Shown here: piece by piece, positions 26,037-32,000 of the stretch | Numbering within the stretch: the first letter of the stretch is position 1 | Layout of the letters: each line of letters begins with the position of its first letter | Source: an uncultured Clostridia bacterium | GTDB lineage: Bacteria; Bacillota; Clostridia; Christensenellales; Aristaeellaceae | Length of the DNA: 32,000 nucleotides | Direction of reading: 5' to 3' | NCBI GenBank assembly: GCA_934647235.1 | Contig: CAKUFG010000022.1 | Coordinates: forward strand, 1,138-33,137 | Translations under genes and position numbers: made by a program | The notes under the pieces: model-generated | Told to the model about the DNA's origin: nothing | What the model saw: only the letters and a program-made list of their open reading frames with translations | Databases searched by the model: none

Positions 26037-27386
26037 TTATTCCTCCATCGCCATGCCGCTGCCGCGCAGCGCCGCCGCCACGCTGTCCGCCGCGCGCTGC
26101 GCCATATCGCCGTCCTCGGCCTCGCACATCACGCGCAGCACGGGCTCAGTGCCGCTCTTGCGCAGCAGAATGCGTCCCTGCGTGCCCAGCCCGGCGCGCG
26201 CGGCTTCCAGCGCCGCCGCTACCTGCGGATGCGCGGCCGCCGCTGCCTTGTCCGCCACGCGCACGTTGATCAGCACCTGCGGGTAGCTGACCATGCCCGC
26301 ATGCAGCTCGGACAGCGGGCGCTTTTGCGCCAGCATGGCCTGCATCACCTTGATGGCCGTCAGCAGGCCGTCGCCGGTGGTGGCGTACTTGGCAAAGATG
26401 ATATGCCCGCTCTGCTCGCCGCCCAGCGGATCGCCGCGCTGCTGAATGCGCTCGTATACATATTTATCGCCCACATCGGTCTGCTCGTAGCCGATGCCCA
26501 GCGCGTCCAGCGCGCGGTACAGGCCCATATTGCTCATGATAGTGGTCACCACATGCCCCGCGCCCAGCAGCCCCTGCTTTTGCAGGAAGGCGGCGTACAG
26601 ATACAGGATGCGGTCGCCATCCACCGCCTGGCCGCGCTCGTCCACAGCGATGCAGCGATCCGCGTCGCCGTCAAAGGCAAAGCCCACGTCCAGCCCCTGC
26701 CCGATCACCAGGCGCTGCAGGTTTTCAATGTGCGTGGAGCCGCAGTTCACGTTGATGTTTTCGCCGTTGGGCGTATTGCCCACCACCGTCACCTCGGCGC
26801 CCAGGGCCTTGAACACGCTCTCGGCCAGCTGCCAGGTGGAACCGTTGGCGCAGTCCAGGCCCACGCGCAGGCCCTTATAGGAGTGCGTAGCCAGCGAGAT
26901 CAGGTAGCCGATATAGCGATTGCGCCCGGCGGCGTGATCCACCACGCGGCCGATGCGCTCGCGCGTGGCCAGCGGCGCGGACGCGCCCGCGTCCAGAAAC
27001 GCCTCGGCGCGCTCGATCACCGCGTCCTCCATCTTTTCGCCCTGGGCGTTGACAAGCTTGAGCCCGTTATCCCAATAGGGGTTATGGCTGGCGCTGATCA
27101 TCACGCCGCAGTCAAAGCCCTCGGTGCGGGCCACATAGGACACGCTGGGCGTGGGGGTGACGTGCAGCAGGTAAGCGTCCGCGCCGGCGGAGGTAAGCCC
27201 TGCGCACAGCGCGTCTTCCAGCATATAGCCGGAGGCGCGGGTATCCTTGCCGATGACCACGCGGGCGCGGCGCGCCTGGCTGCCATAAAAGGAGCCTAAA
27301 AACTGCCCCAGCTGGAAGGCGTGCATGGCGGTAAGCTCGCGGTTGGCTTCGCCGCGGAAGCCGTCGGTGCCAAAGTATTTGCCCAT
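26037..27386 (-). CDS. glmM: Phosphoglucosamine mutase GlmM
   Basis: ORF trimmed to MGKYFGTDGFRGEAN (GGAGG 5 nt upstream). Active-site loop GVMISASHNP and Mg site FAFDGDADR. Confidence 0.95.
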   Translation of the reverse strand: MGKYFGTDGFRGEANRELTAMHAFQLGQFLGSFYGSQARRARVVIGKDTRASGYMLEDALCAGLTSAGADAYLLHVTPTPSVSYVARTEGFDCGVMISASHNPYWDNGLKLVNAQGEKMEDAVIERAEAFLDAGASAPLATRERIGRVVDHAAGRNRYIGYLISLATHSYKGLRVGLDCANGSTWQLAESVFKALGAEVTVVGNTPNGENINVNCGSTHIENLQRLVIGQGLDVGFAFDGDADRCIAVDERGQAVDGDRILYLYAAFLQKQGLLGAGHVVTTIMSNMGLYRALDALGIGYEQTDVGDKYVYERIQQRGDPLGGEQSGHIIFAKYATTGDGLLTAIKVMQAMLAQKRPLSELHAGMVSYPQVLINVRVADKAAAAAHPQVAAALEAARAGLGTQGRILLRKSGTEPVLRVMCEAEDGDMAQRAADSVAAALRGSGMAMEE

Positions 27387-27414
27387 TCTGTCCTCCTTTT
27401 TCATCACGCAAAAG

Positions 27415-27454
27415 TAAAAAATGGCCGCTAAAAGGCTTTTGTTCTTTTAGCGGC
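27415..27454 (-). terminator. Intrinsic terminator between nagB and glmM
   Basis: Minus strand reads GCCGCTAAAAG-aacaaaagc-CTTTTAGCGGC followed by CATTTTTTAC. Confidence 0.6.
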
Positions 27455-27473
27455 AAGGCTTTTAACGGTTGAA

Positions 27474-28193
27474 TTATAGCATGGACGCGGCGTCATCGTC
27501 AATATAGACGGTGCAGTCGGGATGCAGCTGCAGGATGGAGGCGGGCACGCTGTTATCAATGCGGCCCTCGATCATGCCCTTGACGGCCTGGGCCTTGTTC
27601 TTGCCAAAGGCCATCAGGATGATCCTGCGGGACTGCATCACGGTCTTGATGCCCATGGACACGGCCTTTTCGGGTACCTCGTCAATGGAATTGAAGAAGC
27701 GCTTATTGGCCTGGCGGGTTGCGTCGGTCAGGGGCACGATGTGCGTGACGGCATCCCAGGGCGTGCCGGGCTCGTTAAAGCCGATATGGCCGTTGGGGCC
27801 GATGCCCAGCAGCTGCAGATCCACGCCGCCGGCCTGCTTGATTTCATCGTCGTAGCGCGCCGCCATCTCGTCCGTCACGCCAATGCCGCAGGGCACGTGC
27901 GTGCGGGTCTTGTCGATATCCACCAGGTTGAACAGGTGGCTATCCATGAAGTAGCGGTAGCTCTGGGGATGGGAGCCGTCCAAGCCCACATACTCGTCCA
28001 GGTTATAGGTGGTGACATCCTTGAAGGAGAGCTTGCCCGCCCTGCACAGGGCAACCAGCTCTTCATACAGCATCTCGGGCGTGGAGCCGGTGGCCAGGCC
28101 AAGGACGCAGTGCGGATTTTCACCCAGCAGCCTGCGGTATTCCTCCGCCGCCATGCGCGCGCAATTGCGCTGGGTATCCCGGATAATTTTCAT
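27474..28193 (-). CDS. nagB: Glucosamine-6-phosphate deaminase NagB
   Basis: ORF trimmed to MKIIRD (GAGGTG 6 nt upstream). Motifs LGLATGSTP, NLDEYVGL and LLGIGPNGHIGFNEPG are characteristic. Confidence 0.9.
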   Translation of the reverse strand: MKIIRDTQRNCARMAAEEYRRLLGENPHCVLGLATGSTPEMLYEELVALCRAGKLSFKDVTTYNLDEYVGLDGSHPQSYRYFMDSHLFNLVDIDKTRTHVPCGIGVTDEMAARYDDEIKQAGGVDLQLLGIGPNGHIGFNEPGTPWDAVTHIVPLTDATRQANKRFFNSIDEVPEKAVSMGIKTVMQSRRIILMAFGKNKAQAVKGMIEGRIDNSVPASILQLHPDCTVYIDDDAASML

Positions 28194-28243
28194 GCTTAAC
28201 ACCTCTATCGTATGCTGCCGCGCAGCAAATTATGACCGTTCTC

Positions 28244-28272
28244 ATGGTAAGCAATTTAGTGCGAAATGTCAA
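28244..28272 (-). promoter_or_regulatory. Putative SigA promoter of nagB
   Basis: Minus strand reads TTGACA, 17 nt, then TACCAT, about 50 nt upstream of the nagB ATG. Confidence 0.4.
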
Positions 28273-28374
28273 GTCCTTTTCGCCCCCTGGCGCACGGCGC
28301 CCCCCCGTGCCGTCCGGCTTTTGCCCGGATATTACATAATTATGCAAAAAGCAGCAAAAAAACATCCTGCTTTA

Positions 28375-28403
28375 TTGACAGCGCTATGAAATAGTGATAT
28401 CCT
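28375..28403 (+). promoter_or_regulatory. Putative SigA promoter of the amino-acid ABC transporter operon
   Basis: TTGACA, 17 nt (gcgctatgaaatagtga), then TATCCT, about 70 nt upstream of the ATG at 28473. Confidence 0.4.
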
Positions 28404-28472
28404 GCCTGCATTCAGCATGGCGTTTTTCATCGGCCGGCTGAATAAAAAATCTTCCGAAAGGAGTGCGTTGCG

Positions 28473-29276
28473 ATGAAAAAGCTGCTTTCTCTGTTGCTGG
28501 TCTGTATGATGTTGGTAGGTGTCGCGGCGCACCATTGCCTGGCGGAGGATACGTCGCTGACCGATCTGCAGAAGCGCGGCAGGCTTGTGCTGGGCCTGGA
28601 CGCCAGCTTCCCCCCGATGGGGTATCTGGATCCCGTCACGGGCGAAATTACGGGCTTTGATATCGACGTGGCCAAGGCCGTGTGCGATAAGCTGGGCGTA
28701 AAGCTGGAATGCCTGGGCATCGATTGGGACGCCAAGCAGATGGAGCTGGACTCGGGCAATATCGACTGCATCTGGAACGGCCTGAGCATCACCCCCGAGC
28801 GCCTGGAGGCCATGAGCATCAGCATCCCCTACATGAAAAACGAAATGGTCGTTACGGTCCTGAAGGACTCCCCCTATAAAACCCTGAGCGATCTGGCCGG
28901 CAAGCGCCTGGGCCTGCAAACCGGCTCCACCGCCGAGGACGCGCTCAACGCCGCGGTGGATTTCAAGGCTTCGCTCGGCGAGGTGTGCTACTTTGAGGAA
29001 AACGCCACGGCGCTGATGGATCTGAGCAACGGCGGCGTGGACGCGGTGCTGGTCGATTTCGTGGTGGCCGATTACTACATCACCGCCATGGACGCGGACT
29101 ATGTGCTGCTGGATGAAACGCTGGCGGGCGAGGAATACGGCATCGGCTTCCGCAAGGGCGACGTCGCCCTGACCGAGGCCGTCAACGCCGCCCTGACCGA
29201 GCTGGCGCAGGACGGCACGCTGGCTGAAATCGCGTCCAAGTGGTTCAGCCAGGACATGACCATCGTTGGCAAGTAA
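28473..29276 (+). CDS. Polar amino acid ABC transporter substrate-binding protein (family 3 SBP)
   Basis: 267-aa ORF with a signal peptide (MKKLLSLLLVCMMLVGVAA) and SBP_bac_3 motifs (GRLVLGLDASFPPMGY, GFDIDVAKAV, IDCIWNGLSITPER). Confidence 0.9.
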   Translation: MKKLLSLLLVCMMLVGVAAHHCLAEDTSLTDLQKRGRLVLGLDASFPPMGYLDPVTGEITGFDIDVAKAVCDKLGVKLECLGIDWDAKQMELDSGNIDCIWNGLSITPERLEAMSISIPYMKNEMVVTVLKDSPYKTLSDLAGKRLGLQTGSTAEDALNAAVDFKASLGEVCYFEENATALMDLSNGGVDAVLVDFVVADYYITAMDADYVLLDETLAGEEYGIGFRKGDVALTEAVNAALTELAQDGTLAEIASKWFSQDMTIVGK

Positions 29277-29291
29277 TTTTGAGTACGTTCA

Positions 29292-29315
29292 GGGGCTGCC
29301 GCAAGCGGCAGCCCC
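29292..29315 (+). terminator. Intercistronic GC-rich stem-loop after the SBP gene, possibly a partial terminator or mRNA stabiliser
   Basis: GGGGCTGCCGC-aa-GCGGCAGCCCC followed by ATTTGT. The T-run is weak. Confidence 0.4.
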
Positions 29316-29342
29316 ATTTGTCGTATCTGTAGGGAGGATTCC

Positions 29343-30008
29343 ATGAAATATCTGAGCAACCCCGACATGCTGCTGGGCCTGATGCGCCAGATGCTCTCCG
29401 GCATGGAGGTTACGCTGCCGCTGTTCTTTTATACGCTGATTTTTTCGCTGCCGCTGGGCGTAATCGTGGCGCTGATGCGCATGTGCAGGCTCAAGCTCGT
29501 ATCCGTGCCCACGCGCGTGTGCATCCTGGTGCTGCGCGGCACGCCGCTGATCCTGCAGATTTTCGCCATCTATTTTATCCTGCCCCGGCTGCTGGGCCAT
29601 CCCTTTGACCGCATGGCCTCGGCCGTGGTAGCCTTTGTGATCAACTACGCCGCCTACTTTGCCGAGATCTTCCGCGGCGGGCTGCAATCCATCCCGCGCG
29701 GTCAGCGCGAGGCCGGCAAGGCGCTGGGCTTCAGCCGGGTGCAGATTTTCTTCCGCATCCTGCTGCCGCAGCTGTTCAAGCGTTCGCTTCTGCCCGTATC
29801 CAACGAGGTGGTCACGCTGGTGAAGGATACGGCGCTGGTTACCTGCATCGCCCTGTGCGATATGTATTACTATGCCAAAAAGGCCACGTCGGCCACCGGT
29901 TCGCTGCTGCCGCTGTTTCTGGCGGGCGCGTTCTATCTGCTGATGAACACGGTGGTCGAGGTCGTTTTCGACCGGCTGAACAAGCGCATGGACTATTACA
30001 GGGGGTAA
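29343..30008 (+). CDS. Amino acid ABC transporter permease (His/Glu/Gln/Arg/opine family)
   Basis: 221-aa ORF with motifs LRGTPLILQIF, YAAYFAEIFRGGLQSIPRGQREAGKALGFS. RBS GGGAGG present. Confidence 0.9.
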   Translation: MKYLSNPDMLLGLMRQMLSGMEVTLPLFFYTLIFSLPLGVIVALMRMCRLKLVSVPTRVCILVLRGTPLILQIFAIYFILPRLLGHPFDRMASAVVAFVINYAAYFAEIFRGGLQSIPRGQREAGKALGFSRVQIFFRILLPQLFKRSLLPVSNEVVTLVKDTALVTCIALCDMYYYAKKATSATGSLLPLFLAGAFYLLMNTVVEVVFDRLNKRMDYYRG

Positions 30009-30012
30009 GGCA

Positions 30013-30759
30013 ATGAGCGATCTGATTCTTTCCGCCAGCGGCGTGCGCAAGCGCTTTGACGGCCGCGATATCCTCAAGGGCGTGTCCCTGTCCATGCAGA
30101 AGGGCGATGTGGTGGCCATCATCGGCCGCTCAGGCTCGGGCAAAAGCACCTTCCTGCGCTGCCTGGCGGAGCTGGAGCGCATCGACGCGGGGCGCATTGA
30201 AATCGGCGGCGAAACCATGGTGGATACCGGGAAAAACGGCTATGAGCCTGAAAGCCGCCTGCGCGTAATCCGCCGCCGCATGGGCTATGTATTCCAGGAT
30301 TTTAACCTGTTCCCCCACTTTACGGTGCTGCGCAATATCACCGAGGCGCAGCGCTGCGTGCTGGGCCGCAGCCGCAGGGAGGCCGAGCAGCGCGCGCGGG
30401 CGCTGCTTGCCCGCATGGGCCTGTCCGACAAGGCCGATACCTACCCGTGCTTCCTGTCCGGCGGTCAGCAGCAGCGCGTGGCCATCGCCCGGGCGCTGGC
30501 GCTGGATCCCGATATCCTGTGCTTTGACGAGCCAACCAGCGCGCTGGATCCCGAGCTTACGCAGGAGGTGCTCTCCGTCATCCGCGATCTGGCGGCGGAG
30601 GGGCACACGATGATCGTGGTTACGCACGAAATGTCCTTTGCCCGCGAGGTGGCCGGGCGCATCCTGTACATGGCCGAGGGCGAGATCCTGTGCGAGGGTA
30701 CGCCCGCCCAGGTGTTTGCCGACGCGCGCGTGCGCGCCTTCGCCGGGGACGATGCGTAA
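30013..30759 (+). CDS. Amino acid ABC transporter ATP-binding protein (GlnQ-like)
   Basis: 248-aa ORF. Walker A GRSGSGKST, signature LSGGQQQRVAIARAL, Walker B ILCFDEPTSALD, H-loop VTHEM. Confidence 0.95.
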   Translation: MSDLILSASGVRKRFDGRDILKGVSLSMQKGDVVAIIGRSGSGKSTFLRCLAELERIDAGRIEIGGETMVDTGKNGYEPESRLRVIRRRMGYVFQDFNLFPHFTVLRNITEAQRCVLGRSRREAEQRARALLARMGLSDKADTYPCFLSGGQQQRVAIARALALDPDILCFDEPTSALDPELTQEVLSVIRDLAAEGHTMIVVTHEMSFAREVAGRILYMAEGEILCEGTPAQVFADARVRAFAGDDA

Positions 30760-30791
30760 GCTTTACATTCTTTAACAATATGGTATAATAA

Positions 30792-30822
30792 AAGGAGGAA
30801 CAGCTTGTTCCTCCTTGTTTTT
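30792..30822 (+). terminator. Intrinsic terminator after the ABC operon
   Basis: AAGGAGGAACA-gc-TTGTTCCTCCTT followed by GTTTTT. Confidence 0.6.
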
Positions 30823-30856
30823 AAAACAGTTATCGCAAGAAACGGAGGCGCACCCT

Positions 30857-31882
30857 ATGCGCACCCTTTGTTTACCGGCCGACAAGGCCAGCATCGCCCA
30901 GGCGGCGCAGCTGCTGCAGGCGGGCGAAATCGTGGGCTTCCCCACCGAAACCGTGTACGGTCTGGGAGCAAACGCGCTCAGCGACCCTGCCGTGCGCAAG
31001 ATCTTTGCTGCCAAGGAGCGCCCGGCGGATAACCCGCTGATCGTGCACATCGCCGCGCTTGCCGATATGGAGCCGCTGTGTCATATCAACGATATGGCGC
31101 GCAGGCTGGCCGCAGCCTTCTGGCCGGGGCCGCTGACGATGATCCTGCCCAAAAAGGATATCGTGCCCACCGTGGTGACGGCCGGGCTGGACAGCGTTGC
31201 CATCCGCATGCCCTCGCACCCTGTGGCGCGCGCGCTGATTGAGGCGTGCGGCCTGCCCATCGCCGCGCCCAGCGGCAACCGCTCCGGGCGGCCCAGCCCC
31301 ACGCTGGCCGCGCACATGATGGAGGATATGGACGGCCGCATCCCGCTGATTCTGGATGGCGGCGCGTGCGATGTGGGCGTGGAAAGCACCGTGGTGGCGC
31401 TGACGGGCGATATCGCCACCGTCCTGCGCCCCGGCGGCATCACGCCCGATATGATCGCCGGCGTGCTGGGGCAGGTGCAGGTAGCCGACAGCGTCATGCG
31501 CCCGCTCAAAGAGGGCGAGGCCGCGCCCTCCCCCGGCATGAAGCACAAGCACTACGCGCCCCGCGCGCGCATGACCCTGTACGAGGGCACGGCGGAGGCC
31601 GTAGCCGCGCGCATCCGCAGCGAATACGACGCGCTGCCCGCGTCCGAGCGCGCGCTGATCCTGGCCGCCAGCGAGCATCTGCCGCTGTACGGCAATCGCC
31701 GCACGGCCGATCTGGGGCCCGACGAGGCCTCCGCCGCGCACCGGGTGTTCGCCCTGCTGCGCCAGGCGGACGACGATCAGATCACCCGCGTGTTCAGCGA
31801 AACCTATCCTGAATCGGGCGTAGGGCTGGCGGTGATGAACCGCATGGCGCGCGCCGCAGGCTTTGACATTGTGCAGGCTTAA
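30857..31882 (+). CDS. tsaC: L-threonylcarbamoyladenylate synthase, long form (TsaC/Sua5/YwlC with C-terminal Sua5 domain)
   Basis: ORF trimmed to MRTLCLP (GGAGG 8 nt upstream). Motifs GEIVGFPTETVYGLGANA, IFAAKERPADNPLIVH, VAIRMPSHP, APSGNRSGRPSPT. Confidence 0.9.
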   Translation: MRTLCLPADKASIAQAAQLLQAGEIVGFPTETVYGLGANALSDPAVRKIFAAKERPADNPLIVHIAALADMEPLCHINDMARRLAAAFWPGPLTMILPKKDIVPTVVTAGLDSVAIRMPSHPVARALIEACGLPIAAPSGNRSGRPSPTLAAHMMEDMDGRIPLILDGGACDVGVESTVVALTGDIATVLRPGGITPDMIAGVLGQVQVADSVMRPLKEGEAAPSPGMKHKHYAPRARMTLYEGTAEAVAARIRSEYDALPASERALILAASEHLPLYGNRRTADLGPDEASAAHRVFALLRQADDDQITRVFSETYPESGVGLAVMNRMARAAGFDIVQA

Positions 31883-32000
31883 GGCATGCGCGCGATTACG
31901 TGCAGCAGCCCGAGGCCGGGCAGCCCCAGCGCGGACACGCACAGCAGGTTCAGCAGATTCACCCCAACGGGCGATATCAGCCCGCTGACGGCCAGTGCTG
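31879..32000 (-). CDS. C-terminal 40 aa of a BofA-like (pro-sigmaK processing inhibitor family) membrane protein; 5' part lies outside the window
   Basis: Reverse frame reads ALAVSGLISPVGVNLLNLLCVSALGLPGLGLLHVIARMP*. This resembles the B. subtilis BofA C-terminus (VPINLVTTAISGILGIPGIAALV) as recalled. A short fragment only. Confidence 0.4.
   Translation of the reverse strand, partial: ALAVSGLISPVGVNLLNLLCVSALGLPGLGLLHVIARMP

Noticed and set aside
28210-28262. An imperfect palindrome (AAATTATGACC...GGTAAGCAATTT) in the nagB leader might be a NagR/GntR-type operator.
   Set aside because: Only about 7 of 11 positions are symmetric. I cannot match it confidently to a known dre-site consensus without a motif search.
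3189-31882. trmO (m6t6A methyltransferase) and tsaC (t6A pathway) in one window might form a functional island.
   Set aside because: The genes are 27 kb apart in unrelated transcription units, so co-occurrence is most simply coincidence.

Overview
High-GC (~58-60%) chromosomal segment that looks like a spore-forming Clostridia (Oscillospiraceae/Ruminococcaceae-like) genome, judged from the CIRCE-controlled hrcA-grpE-dnaK operon, a PdaB-like deacetylase, a BofA-like C-terminus and AAGGAG-type RBSs. The coding content is mostly ordinary. It comprises the heat-shock operon (1-3088), trmO plus a Dabb protein, and a glycan-utilisation locus (4227-16649). That locus holds a YicI-like GH31 alpha-xylosidase, a GH35/DUF5597-like glycosidase, a large SBP with two permeases, a MATE exporter and a YesM/YesN-type two-component system. 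After it come a tandem-OB SSB-like gene with a polysaccharide deacetylase, a small membrane protein, a secreted 594-aa protein built from 11 His/Cys3 mini-repeats, tRNA-Ala(GGC), a TRIC channel and a LysR regulator. The last part holds nagB, glmM with a standalone LbH acyltransferase, an amino-acid ABC transporter, tsaC/sua5 and a partial bofA-like gene. No CRISPR, transposase, integrase or recognisable defence genes are present. The unusual content is non-coding. A modular hairpin repeat family (about 17 hairpin-A copies) occurs at four loci: inside the grpE-dnaK spacer, as a ~570-bp array, as a ~950-bp array next to the tRNA, and as a single unit. It shows compensatory base changes and a conserved tandem G.A motif. 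A separate 125-nt element bounded by 10-bp inverted repeats is present twice, with six helices supported by compensatory changes. I cannot assign either element to a family I know. Coordinates of non-ORF features were counted by hand and may be off by 1-2 nt. Several CDS starts were trimmed from the ORF track to RBS-supported ATGs.
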